Positions 24,079 through 36,558 of a stretch of DNA of 64,000 nt are shown here, one piece after another. The notes beneath the pieces were generated by a model. That model ran no database searches, had not been told where the DNA came from, and saw only the letters and a list, made by a program, of their open reading frames with translations. Numbering within the stretch: position 1 is the stretch's first letter; each line of letters starts with the position of its first letter. The position numbers and the translations under genes were made by a program. The DNA lies in the NCBI RefSeq assembly GCF_964204645.1, contig NC_134025.1, positions 31,290,299 through 31,354,298 of the forward strand. Direction: 5' to 3'. The stretch comes from Tubulanus polymorphus (taxonomy: Eukaryota; Animalia; Nemertea).

Positions 24079-26646
24079 ACCTCAGAAAAGCCAAAAAGCT
24101 GCGTAACACTGGCAACTCACTACCAATGAGCTAGCTGATCAAACCATGACCACTGTCCACATCCTCGACTGACCACTGATGACCAGAACAAGAAAAACAA
24201 CAGGTGGTCAAGTGGTCAAGTGGTCAATTGGTCATCGCTATTTCTGCTAATAATCTTAAGGGTTTGATCGTAGGTTCAGATTTCAATGAATTATTGGTTT
24301 CTTCGATTGTTTTCTTTGTAATAGAAAATTGGTTCATTCTTTCTGAATAATGTTTTCTTTTCTGGTTGTTAAAGATGTCATCAAAGCCCGGAGTCATGCA
24401 GCATCTGCGTGGCATCTTTATTATAGTGCATCTCTATCCATCCGTGTGGAGGAAAACGAAATCAACTGAAGACAATTAAGTGCTTTCTTTTTCAAATATT
24501 AGAATAATTCGATAGATTTTTCACAATTCAAAATTCATTACGCTTGCTTTTTTTGATATTTCGAAAACGCTGGTTTCACATCGTCACTGCTCTTAATAAT
24601 TGTCGCGACCGAAAAACACGGAAATTACCGGCAAAAATCTACATTTCATTTCCTTTAAAACGATGTATAAGTTCAGTTTGCCAGGCGAGGGATCGCAGCC
24701 GAGCTTATTGATATACAATGAAAACTTTTATTCCAAATTTATCTCAACAATGGGGACCTCGATTGACCGCCACAAAATGGCGCCTAGAGACTGGAAAATT
24801 TACTATTTACAGAATTTACAGAATCTAAGTGACCTTGTCTTACTTTTTAAATGTCCAGACTGCATAAAAAGACATGTCGCGCTAGAGACGCCGAGGCTAA
24901 ATATGGACTTCCTGACTCACTCTCTTCATTGCCAGACGACACTGTAATTATATAAAACACTCCTTAAAACTTCCCTTCACGACACAACAACAATACGTCA
25001 CAACACAAACTATATATAAATAAATCTTCGGTATAAAAAACATGAAGAGAGAGAGAAGAGTCTCCTTTAGTCATCGGTAAGATTTAAACACCAAAAAAAC
25101 CAACGCCCTCTAATTCGAGGGAACCATTCTAGGAGGGGCAGTTCATTCAAGTGGATTTGATTATCTCTCTCTCTCAATAATTTTTTTGTTCGTCTGTTTG
25201 CAATAAATAAAATATCGCGAAGTTTTATGTTTCTGTCGCCCGAGAAAGCGATCTGAGAGTCAGTCTTTATATCTGTCATATTATCGCGTATATTTCGTAA
25301 TTTTTACAACGGGTTTGGTGAAGATCTGTTAAACTGCAAGGATTTGTTTGTGGGCTAAAGCCATAATGGATCGCCTTTCGTTTCAGCAGCTCCCTGGTTG
25401 CAGTACCCTTATACCTCCTGGCTCTCACCCCCCCCCCTCTGGTTCAGATACCTCCATACAGCTGAGTGCATCCCTTACAGCTAAACAATCATCCTCCATA
25501 TATCTGAAAGTGTACAGGTTTGTGAACGCAAAAGACACCAGATTTTGGTCATTTCAGGTTAGTCGTGGGGGGCGCCATTCTCATTGATTCCTGGGTTACA
25601 TTACGCCAGATTAAGTCAGATAACTGTCCGAAATATTGTTTGCCCGAATGACCAGAATTAGTTGTGGTGACAATAGGCTGGTGGAGTCGTCCGCAATTAT
25701 CGTGTTAGTCAAATCTTATTGTTGTCATTCATAAACTCGACAAGTTAACCAACCATAATCTAATCATCATAGTTTCCTAAATTCCAACTGATAGCCCGTG
25801 GTGCATCCATCTCGAATCTGAAAAGTTCTCGGGTATCAGTCCCTTAGCTCGTGGAACCATGTTGGACTTGAACAACCCCTGGGCTTTTGGATGTAAAGTA
25901 TTTAAGGCCACCGATAGAATTGGGGCCCGACAGTCCCGGGCCGGCATGATAATTACATCATATCATTCTTTACCATCAAAGAAGGCCTGCAAGGCTTATA
26001 TATACAGACAGACTCTCAGACAGCCTCCTTTATTTCATTGACTCATCTTCCAAAAATGCTCAATTATAGGTTTTCAGATATAAGACTTATTGTACCAGAT
26101 GTAGAATATTCCTAATTCGGTTCAGATATTCAGTAGAATCTTGGTTGCGGTTTTTGACATTTTCTTTACTCTTTGTGAGTAGTGTGTAGGGGAGGGGGAG
26201 GGGGGTATGATGAGGTGACTCTAGAAACCGCTAATCCTCAACAATTCAGTCTCAACTTTACCGCAAATTGTGAATACAAATACCGCACCTCACAAACCAT
26301 AATATTATCCAAACCCATAAATATCTTCGGTTAAACGTGAAAACAAATAGTTCTTCGTAGGTAGCAACTAGATTTTATTCAAAGTGAGTCGTTACTGGTG
26401 AATACCGTAGCTTCATCAGGTAAATGAGTTAAGTCAATAGAGAGACAGTAGGGAGAGTGAAACTACTGAGAGAAAGTGAGCTGGAGACTTTACTTATTTA
26501 CTGATGAAGCTAATACTCAGTAGAAAAAGACCCAGATAATATCTATCATATACTAAACCTATACGGTGTTTATCCTTATCACGTCTGACTTGACGCCAGG
26601 TTAACACGGTTTCTCTCCCAAATATCTTACAACTTCCGCCTCCGCA

Positions 26647-26778
26647 GAGGGAGAGGGAGAGGGAGAGGGAGAGGGAGAGGGAGAGGGAGAGGGAGAGGGA
26701 GAGGGAGAGGGAGAGGGAGAGGGAGAGGGAGAGGGAGAGGGAGAGGGAGAGGGAGAGGGAGAGGGAGAGGGAGAGAGG
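26647..26778. repeat. (GAGGGA)n microsatellite
   Basis: About 22 hexamer copies. Confidence 0.95.
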
Positions 26779-28251
26779 TTGAGGGTTTGTGACTCAGTGT
26801 TTGTGTCAGTGTTCTCTGCTTCACGCTGTGTTAACGACTCCTTGTGAATCTGTGGGTAACGATCTGACTGACACGGCACGCTGTATCCCCAAGATAACAA
26901 TACACCTATAATCACCCATAGTTCACCTGCATTTACAATAGGCCACGAGAGCTATCAGTTTACAACTATAACTAACCTATAGTAGCACATGATTAGAAAC
27001 TGGCCTCCTTTACTGTGACATATGCCTAGTATTCATAATTCATTAAAATGATCTCTGATTTGATTTATCATTGGACACAATAAAGAGGCCCACGAGATTT
27101 ATACAATAGAACATGTGAACAATCTAGTGGAAAATTGGGGGACATTGATAACTCATATGAGAAACATTAATAATGGTAATGTTTGTGAAGTCGGCCAAAT
27201 GTCCTCTTCAGAGAGTTTGAACTATAAACATTAGATTTGTAGATAAATCATTTTTCATTTCTTCACTTGTTTCATAACTGAAGATATCAACAGAATTCAG
27301 ACATCGAAATTAGATGATTTTCTCGAAAATATCGCATAATGTTTGATGAGTCTTTGTTGACTTGAAGTTTGAATATTTGCCTTTGTAAAGTCGCGGGATC
27401 CGATCTAACTATAATCGCATTGAACTTCGACATTCTCAAATATCGTATGAGGGATGAATTGAGGAATTTTTGCTGTAAGGCAAATCTATCTTGGTTCGAC
27501 AAGGATTTGAAAACCTAAAGGAACGCGGTCGTGATGTTGATCTCATCTCAGTATTAAACCCAGTCCTGGGAAGTTGAAAACTCATATTAAGTTATGTATA
27601 TATAATTGCTTTATGGATATGGACACTACTAAAGTACTGTAGCAATATTGGATATAACGGATATTCTGAGAAGAATTGATTTTTGTTTGTTTGTCGACAA
27701 GGGACAAAAGTTCGTCTGATAAATCTATATTGACAGTGCAATATAATCTACACATACAACAACCCAATATCCGAGTAACAACTGACCAGACGCGAGGGGG
27801 GTATGGGACGGCACGCGCCGGGGCTGAGAGCGGGGACATTATAATCATCGCCAGCATGAGAAAACAACAGATATTCCTCGTGTAAACAATCTTTATCAGC
27901 TGATGAGTTTTCTATAGATGAGACGCGACTGTATCAAAATTAAACAAAGGAAATGATTGAGCGAAATAACTGTATCTATATAGGGCCAGTGAAACTATAA
28001 AATACGGTATCAAATCAATAAACGTTAGACATAGTGAACTTTGTACAACCAGATTTTTCGCTATAAGAATCGCTTCATCCAGTTAACATTGATAAACACT
28101 AAGTACCCGTGTCATGATGTGTAGAAAGTCCCACAATAATGACGAAAAAATGAAGTCCGAAGATGTTTGCTCGAGCCGCCAGTAGGAGTTTACAGAGTCT
28201 GTGCAAAACATCTATCGTAAATCATTGTGTAGATATTGACATTACATTTTC

Positions 28252-28660
28252 ATAGTCATCTTCAGGAATACTGTATTCCTTGAGCTAGTGTAGTTTATTC
28301 AACGTTTCGACTTTATCATAATAGTCATCTTCAGGAATACTGTATTCCTTGAGCTAGTGTAGTTTATTCAACGTTTCGACTATATCCTGATAGTCATCTT
28401 CAGGAATACTGTATTCCTCGAGCTAGTGTAGTTTATTCAACGTTTCGACTTTATCATAATAGTCATCTTCAGGAATACTGTATTCCTTGAGCTAGTGTAG
28501 TTTATTCAACGTTTCGACTATATCCTGATAGTCATCTTCAGGAATACTGTATTCCTCGAGCTAGTGTAGTTTATTCAACGTTTTATCAATCATCTTCGGG
28601 AGTATTGTATTCAGCTAGTAGTTTATTCAAAATTTCGACTATATTCTAAAAGTCAGTATC
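28252..28660. repeat. 69-bp tandem repeat (~6 units, 138-bp higher-order dimer)
   Basis: ATAGTCATC starts at 28252, 28321, 28390, 28459 and 28528; the CTTTATCATAA and CTATATCCTGA variants alternate. Confidence 0.95.
28296..28546 (-). ncRNA. Four tandem minimal type I hammerhead ribozyme motifs (Penelope/retrozyme type)
   Basis: Minus-strand unit TATTC-CTGAAGA-T-GACTA-loop-(T/A)AGTC-GAAA-CG-TT-GAATA: helix I TATTC/GAATA, core CUGANGA and GAAA, helix II GACT(A)/(T)AGTC, palindromic AACGTT in place of helix III. Copies at 28296-28339, 28365-28408, 28434-28477 and 28503-28546. Confidence 0.65.
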
Positions 28661-29442
28661 CCTGAAGATTACGGGTCAATTGTTTCAATCCTCGGGTATC
28701 ATTGTAAAAAAAACTCAATTCAATGTCAACCTCGATTTCCTAGGGTCTAGTTCTATAGTATAGTGTGGAGTAGCACTGATTTTTGCTCTAATAAAAAAAA
28801 ATAATCCATCTTTACAGACGGATACAATACGCTCATTGTTGTCGGGCTGCGTGCCAATTATTACCACTTCCGGTCAAATACAATACGAGCCCGGTGACCT
28901 ATAGCTGTCAGCTTTACTATAACGACTCGAAAACAATAGCTATAGAGGTCGCTAGACTCATCAACTCACAGAGGTTTAGAAATCTTACAAAAATACTCAT
29001 TGTTCGACTCAGACTATGCGCGGCTGGACTTCGCTCTGTTTCGGGTGCACTTTTTATATTCTCAGAAAAATCACGATCCTGACGACTTGTCGAACAGATG
29101 GGACTGACCAATGAACCTTGTATAACTCGGGTCAATATTAGCCTTGTACATTGAGGTTTAACTACATAATCTCAGCCGCTGTAATGGCCGTTTAGGCGGT
29201 CTACAGTTTTTTGAAGTCTGGTTTAATTGACTGGGGTTACTGGCTGATTAGTTAGCTTCAATAGTCAATATACGGTTTGATCGGTAATAAACGTATTGTT
29301 CATAGGGTTTAAGCCAGATGTCGCTTGCTGAACCGCGGCAGATCCGATATTCTTAGAAAAAATGCAATAAAAAACTCAGAGATTTACATTAGACGCCGAT
29401 AGAAAGAGTGTGTTTTTCCACGCCCTGTAAGAGATCTGGAGT

Positions 29443-29663
29443 CAGGCCCAAACCTGGTATCAAATCTTGGTTGTACGATTGGTTATAGAACCAAAAATAA
29501 ACTTAGACTTGTCGATTGGTTATAGAACCAAAATGAGCTTAGACTGGTCTTAAGTTGTTAGATTGGTTAAGAACCAAAATGAACTTAGGCTGGTCTTGTT
29601 GTTAGATTGGTTATAGAACTAAAATGTGCTTAGACTCAAGTTGTGAATCGCAGCCAGGTCCTG
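29443..29663. mobile_element. MITE family A copy with internal ~35-bp tandem expansion
   Basis: GATTGGTTATAGAACCAAAAT..CTTAGACT repeated four times between CAGGCCC and GGTCCTG ends. Confidence 0.6.
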
Positions 29664-29818
29664 GATGATATGGTAGTTCTATGTGGTATGTGACTTTGTG
29701 TCTGCAGACGTCACCACATGTATACCCTACTCCTGGAGGTGCCACGTGCGTCCTGAATCAGATACATGTATTTTGTGGGTTAATGAAACTTTTGACATCA
29801 TATCTCAGCACAATGCGC

Positions 29819-30470
29819 AGGAGAGAGGAGAGAGGAGAGAGGAGAGAGGAGAGAGGAGAGAGGAGAGAGGAGAGAGGAGAGAGGAGAGAGGAGAGAGGAG
29901 AGAGGAGAGAGGAGAGAGGAGAGAGGAGAGAGGAGAGAGGAGAGAGGAGAGAGGAGAGAGGAGAGAGGAGAGAGGAGAGAGGAGAGAGGAGAGAGGAGAG
30001 AGGAGAGAGGAGAGAGGAGAGAGGAGAGAGGAGAGAGGAGAGAGGAGAGAGGAGAGAGGAGAGAGGAGAGAGGAGAGAGGAGAGAGGAGAGAGGAGAGAG
30101 GAGAGAGGAGAGAGGAGAGAGGAGAGAGGAGAGAGGAGAGAGGAGAGAGGAGAGAGGAGAGAGGAGAGAGGAGAGAGGAGAGAGGAGAGAGGAGAGAGGA
30201 GAGAGGAGAGAGGAGAGAGGAGAGAGGAGAGAGGAGAGAGGAGAGGGGAGAGGGGAGAGGGGAGAGGGGAGAGGGGAGAGGGGAGAGGAGGAGTGAGTGG
30301 AGAGATGAGGAGAGAGGGGAGAGGGGAGAGGGGAGAGGAGAGAGGGGAGAGGGGAGAGGAGAGAGGGGAGAGGGGAGAGGAGAGAGGAGAGAGGAGGGGA
30401 GAGAGGAGAGATGAGGAGAGAGGAGGGGAGAGAGGAGGGGAGAGAGGAGGGGAGAGAGGAGGGGAGGGAA
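29819..30470. repeat. (GAGAGGA)n heptamer satellite grading into GAGAGGG variants
   Basis: About 60 perfect 7-mers up to ~30243, then a degenerate polypurine tract. Confidence 0.95.
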
Positions 30471-31785
30471 GTGTTTAAATACAATTTAGATTTAACTACT
30501 TTTTAATGACGGTTTCTACATCGTGAACGCGCATGCGCGCGCGTGTTTCGTCGATTCTGGTTTGAAGGGAAATAATTCGGAACAAAAGCCTCAAGTTTGA
30601 TTTCTATGTGAAGACCTTAGCGTGATACCATAACACATGTGTTATATCCCGCCGTTCACTGCATTCGGTTCCGTTTCGTCTTCGCTGGGGGTCAGTGTTT
30701 CACGATTAGTAAAAGCCTCAATGTTTGTCCTATGCCTACTCATTCGCCGAGCCAAACCTAAATCTATTGTAGTCAGATTCATAAATTTCTCGGATGAATT
30801 TTTTTTCGTGGTTTCATTTCGTTGTTCTTTTGAAAACGTTTGACGTCTATAAATCCATGTTCTTAAACGTTGTTTAAACCGGGTAATTTTAACTCGAACT
30901 ACAATCGTTTTGATTTAGGACTAGTCTCACAACAGATGTCATCCATGTGACTCAACCATGATAACCCCCCTCCCAACATTTACTTACAATTTATTACAAC
31001 TTGTTACAATGTTTCTAATCAATAATAATCTAGATACATTGTATCAAATTGTAACGTTTTCTATCTATTTGTTAGATTTATACACAATATATTTGTTAGA
31101 TTTGTATATATTTGTTATCGGATTTATGTACAATTGATAGATTTGTATCTTTTTTGTGGTTGAATATAAATGTGTCGTCTCTAATCAAATAAAAGTGTTT
31201 TTTTCTCCACAAGACCATTTAAGCATGCCCGGTTTTGTACACCACACCAGTTCGGTACTCAAGATTGGGTAGGAATCGAACAGCGTCCCAGAGCACGGTG
31301 TGGAGACAACCACTTCCCAGCACTGTATCCCTAGTGGTGGCTCGGTGGTGTAGAGAGGTCTGTTCAGAGTCAGGGAACCAAACCCGGGTATCAGGGGTCG
31401 ACAAAAACCAAGTGTCTCACTGGAGAGTGATTCTCGTGTTGGGAAATACTCAAAAAACCAATAACTGGAAATAAGTTTGATGACCACACATAAATGCAGC
31501 AGCAGCAGCAGCAGCAGCAGTAGTGAGTTGTGAGTTGTGAGTTGAATGTCCCGAGCAGGTCGATGTGGTTATATTCCCACATTAAACTCACAGACAGATG
31601 AATTGCATAATGCCGGCCGCAGTCCATTGTTCCAGTAAACTCCTCCTCAATCTCTTGATGACTCAGTCCGGGAGTAGGATTAAAATATTAATCTGATTTT
31701 AGCTGAAATAATATCATCTAATTCTTTTATCGTTCGTAGCCGGAAACCTGTCACTAAACTAGCGAGTTCTGTGGGCGCTGAGATC

Positions 31786-31869
31786 CAGGGGTAGGATTGA
31801 TTGCCGAGTTCTGTGAACAGGGGTAGGATTGATTGCCGAGTTCTGTGAACAGGGGTAGGGCTGATTGCC
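31786..31869. repeat. 32-bp tandem repeat x2.6
   Basis: Unit CAGGGGTAGGATTGATTGCCGAGTTCTGTGAA. Confidence 0.85.
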
Positions 31870-32370
31870 AGGTGCCCCGTTTGAGGCAAGGTATAAACAG
31901 CCGAACGTCTGAATGATAATAGTGACACGGACTGGACTCGTTACAGAGTTCGAGTTAACTAGACATTAGTTCATCGTTTTAACTCATTTGGAACAGGGTC
32001 CTATGTAAGGAAGTACTAATGTATTACATATGGTATGAATAGAATAGAGATTTGTCTAATGAATCTTATAATAAAACGGCCCGTGTTTAACGCCATATGA
32101 CGGTTTAATATAGTTATCGATCACATGAAGCACCGATCCTTATATTCGTTATATTGACATCCAATTAGTACAATTTAGAATATAAAGAAGTATAAAAGCT
32201 CAGGTGTTACTACTCAGTGAAATCCACGTGTTGTTTGGACACTTCATTTCATACACTGAATATATTATTGTATTCAATTGTACGTTGTAATTATGTATTG
32301 TTTAATAGTGAAGGGAAAACAATTTACAGTTCAGAATATTCAATATTAGAGATACAACAAATGATGTATC

Positions 32371-32569
32371 AGGACTCAGGTCCACAGTTCTGGACTCAGG
32401 TCCACAGTTCTGGACTCAATTCCACAGTTCTGGACACCGTTCCACAGTTCTAGAACCAGTTCTAAGTCACAACTGTGGAACTGAGTCCAGAACTGTGTAC
32501 CTGGGGCCAGAACTGTGTACCTACGGTCAGAACTGTGGAACTGGGTCCAAAACTGTGGAACTGAGTCTC
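32371..32569. repeat. Foldback array of ~20-bp units (GGACTCAGTTCCACAGTTCT, then its reverse complement)
   Basis: About 4.5 forward units at 32371-32462 followed by about 5 inverted units at 32470-32569. Confidence 0.8.
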
Positions 32570-33402
32570 GGGTGAGATTCCGGGGTGGGTAACCCGGGGT
32601 GGGGATCCCCGGTGCAGATTCCGGGGTGAAGAAAGTTCGATCATGGACGTCTAGTGTCCATTGTTTCCATTGTAACGGGCCTCCTCAAATAGTACGTTTT
32701 ACCCTGGAGACCAGGACAATCAAACAGTCGTTAAGGTTACGACATAATAACGACCAATCATTGGTTAATTCACTATCACGTGTCTTATTTCCAACCATCT
32801 GATTGGTTAATTGGAAACAATGTTACGATGCTTTTGTAACAACGTTAGATCAGTTACGAAATCAGATTCTGTAATTAAATTGAGCGGACAGAATTTAAGC
32901 GGAATTTAGAAGTCATTGATAAACAATACCAGGAATTGTGAGCGAACGCCTCGCGGGTTATTTCCCTAAGGTACATTTTCAATAGATAAATCACACTTGA
33001 ATCGATGCAGTCGATCTCCGTAACAGTGCAATAGTGCCCAAGGGCAAATTCTCAAGGTCGATGTTACTATCGTAGTAAAAATTTGCATATTACTGATGAA
33101 ATTGATATTATTGTATGATGTATCCATTCTGTGTCAGTCTGCCATCTGTAATCACGTCTGCTACGGCCATGCCGTCTGCCGAATTATTAAACGGTTAAAA
33201 AGCTGATAATTTTGTTGAATCTATTTCTGATCACGCATCCACGCTGAGGAGAGAGTCATTTATCATTCTGTCGCGTTGCAGTCTGTCCTAGCCTATCGCA
33301 TGCCTGGTTCATTATAGATTATAATCAGATTACGTAAAAAAACAACTTGATTAAAATGAGATCCTGAATTTGATGGTTTCTCAGATGGTCATGCCACTGT
33401 AC

Positions 33403-33507
33403 CAGGGTTCAGTTTCACAAAAAGGTTTAAAATCGATTAAAGATAAAATGAATGAACAGAACTTAGGTTTTTTGGAGTTTAAACTTCTTTTATGAAACTG
33501 AATCCTG
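33403..33507. mobile_element. Short MITE (CWG-flanked)
   Basis: CAGGGTTCAGTTTCACAAAAAGGTTTAAA...TTTAAACTTCTTTTATGAAACTGAATCCTG inverted ends. Confidence 0.7.
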
Positions 33508-33989
33508 AGACAATACTTAAATCAATCGTTCTCCAAAACGCGGTCTCGTGGTCAGAATTGTGTAGTCATGGCTTCGACCTATAAACTTACAAAGCCGATT
33601 CCCAACTCAAATCATAGCCCTCCCTTTTCTCTCTAGAAATCTTGAAAAAACGCTGATACACCTCTTCGGCTGGGATTCGAACCCGATGACGAGTCTGATC
33701 ATCTTCGTGCGACTTTTCTACCCTGCCGACATGTGACGTTTGAAATAATTCCTCCTCGGGTCGCAATTAGTTCTTTTTAAATAAACACAGTTACGTCAAT
33801 AACCACCGCAGAGTCTTAAGACTAAAATCGAATGATGGATGACCGTCTGGCACTTACGATAATCGATCTTTCGTTATGATGATGTAATCCGTCTGCAGTA
33901 ACATCATCGCATAGCAACCGACAACAAACAAATGTAACAGAACCATAACGACGAATTTTCAGAATTACTTGAAAAAATAGTCAAATTGT

Positions 33990-36558
33990 GACATCTTTAT
34001 TTCATAATCATGGAAATACCAACAAATGTGGTAATAATGTTTTTTTCTCTTATTTTATTTACAGGACATCATTTTTCTATAAATATACATATTATATACA
34101 AAAGAACATCACAGACGTAACAAAGGTATCCGCGTGTATCCGCGAGTATCCGCGAGTATCCGAACGCGTTGTCGCGTGGACACCAGAGAAATTATCATTT
34201 ATATTTGTGCTTTTCATGAGTCTGTGTGGTATGATTTATAGATGAACCAATCAGTGCACCGAGAAATGGTGGACAACGCCCCCTGTAGGGCACGAACAGA
34301 AAGCAGCTTATCGTGTGAGGCATTATATACATATTTATAAAAACCCCGCAAGGAATCGAACTATATCGAACTAGATCAAATCTGTTATTCTAGACTAAGC
34401 AAAAATGCGCCATAAGCATGCAGCCTGCGCGTGTGTGAGTGTGTTGTTTTCCAGGTATTCTACGAGCGTAGACTCCCCGGGTTAAAAATATGAATCATAG
34501 ATTTATAGAAAATTAGTTTACAACTCACAGATAGTAGCGATAGTAAGGGTAGTAGGGGTGTTGTAGTTATCGCGCCCGATGTGAAACAGATGGTGCGGAT
34601 AAAAGGACAAAATAATTCCGATATTTTCTTTGAGGTTTAGATCATCAAAAGTGCGCTGGCAAACAAATAAAACGTGCACTAAGTTACTGGAGAGTACAGC
34701 GGCGTGTTTTGTGTCAAACATAGCATACTATCCAAACTATCACTAAAAATTCTACCACAGCAGAAGGCGACTGGTAACTGAGTACAAAAGTCAAATCCAA
34801 AAAATCTCTCTGATATATCTGAACTTTAAATCTACAACAGCAGAAGATGGCGACTCTGGTGAGTGAGGAATCGGTGATAATGGAGTAGTCGGACTCTGCT
34901 TATAGTCATTTAGCGTTTGAACGATTAAAATCTAAGGAATAAAATTGGTCCAAGTTTGATGAGAAATTCTGGATAAGAAATCGTTTTGTTTGTACATGTA
35001 TACACAAATAAAAAAACCTGTTGATTTAACGATTTACTGTTTGAAGCGAATCGAACGGGTGTCACGCAGACTATTTACACTATACATCTACATATACATT
35101 GATTAACTTTACAACATTTCATTTTTGTACATAATTTTTTCAGATCAACAAAAATTCGACACAGTTTCATGTGTAGACGATAAAGCATTATGATTGTTAC
35201 AAAAAGTGTCAGCTTTTTTTCAGAAATTTAGAAATCAGGGCCCGGTTTTATAGACTGGTACCACCTTTAACCCGGGGGTCAATTGAGTTAGCCCCCCTCC
35301 CCTCCCCAAGGTTAAGGTTAGTCTATAAGACCAGCCCAAGTAATACGTACATTTCAAAATGGCAGTGTTTTCAGTTCAATGTGGTTATTTTTACTGATAA
35401 CCACTCTTTAATATCCGCCATATTGGATTCTATACTCGCACGTCATTTCCGGTGCGTTTCACAGCCTAAAAATCGATATTTTAAGTAGATGGCGACGAAC
35501 CGCAGACATTGTTGCGTTGCCTATAGATACTCTATCGAGTTGGGGAGAGCTAGGATTCAATGCCATTCCGCAGCGGACGAAAATGTAATTAACACGTAAT
35601 AAATTTACAACAATACGTCATGACAAATATAAATACATTTTTTGTACATTCGTTGTAACAAGATTCTAGAAGCACATTTTATGTATATATATATATATAT
35701 GTATATATATATGCGGAATCGGTGGTGGTCAAACCAAAGTTTTCAGTGTACAATTATTACATACATTAAGAATATAAAAAAGTTCTAGTGGTTTGCAGTT
35801 TACATACATACATATAGACCATGGATGATAATTCAAAATTCTTTCATAACATTCTCAATGTACTTTTATCAGGAGGTTCAACCACTTAAAACTGTAACAT
35901 TAATTTCAGCATGATTTCCATATCCATTCATAAAACTATATTCTACAATTACGTATTTTATAGTCGTTTATATTAAATGCTAATTTTATTGCTTGACATT
36001 GAGTTAATTTGCATAATGACGTCGTCACGCACGAGCTCGTGCGTCATCCTCGCCTGCCTAGTCTGGTCTTTTGTTAACCCCGGCAAGCGAGGCCCATAAT
36101 TCGAACAGCCCCTTTATTTTCAGCCTTCAAATGACCGATCTCTACATACATATATGTATAACTGTTTAACCGTTATTTTCAAAAATGTTGTTGTAAAAAA
36201 ATCGATGAATCTTTCAATGAAGGCATCTTTAAGAAATCGCAGTAAACCTCACAGCCTTACCCGGACATGGCAAATATGATTTTTGACAAACTCGGGGAAT
36301 AAATCGAAATCATTTTTCTGACTTGACCTTCTCGGACTTCGCTCACATCGGACCAGTTTTTCTGATCGCGGTTTGTTTGAGTCAAGCAAGGTTTACTGGT
36401 ATTTCATTCTCAGCTGTATATACGACAAAATATACACAGTGTATAATATAAACACTTACACATTAGACAAGAACATTTAAAGAATGCATCCGTAACAAGC
36501 TTTTAAGCAGTGTTCATTAAAAAGGGAAGTCATGAGTGAGAATAATTGTGATGATGAA
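33990..36558 (-). other. Probable Delta 3' UTR (~2.5 kb) ending at AATAAA signals
   Basis: Minus-strand AATAAA at 34054-34059 and 33996-34001. U-rich and TGTA-rich on the sense strand, with miRNA seed and Pumilio motifs. Confidence 0.55.
35236..35340. mobile_element. Short MITE inside the Delta 3' UTR
   Basis: CAGGGCCCGGTTTTATAGACT...AGTCTATAAGACCAGCCC inverted ends; related fragment at ~22262-22290. Confidence 0.55.

Noticed and set aside
26601-26915. ORFs with (SP)n and (LP)n runs
   Set aside because: Products of the (GAGGGA)n microsatellite.
27895-27935. CTGATGAG...GAGACGCG hammerhead-like string
   Set aside because: The GAAA core is mutated and the cleavage-site U is missing; too degenerate to call.
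28252-28660. Possible CRISPR array
   Set aside because: Units are identical end to end with no unique spacers, there are no cas genes, and the context is eukaryotic.
29681-30484. Three long ORFs (228-265 aa) rich in R/E/G or S/L/P
   Set aside because: Translations of the (GAGAGGA)n satellite, which lacks stop codons; no splice or domain support.
33660-33730. tRNA-like B box GGTTCGAATCCC on the minus strand
   Set aside because: No recognisable A box or cloverleaf; at most a SINE fragment.
12900-33900. Numerous 60-115 aa ORFs in the intergenic region
   Set aside because: No recognisable domains, many non-ATG starts, and no chain of in-phase exons.
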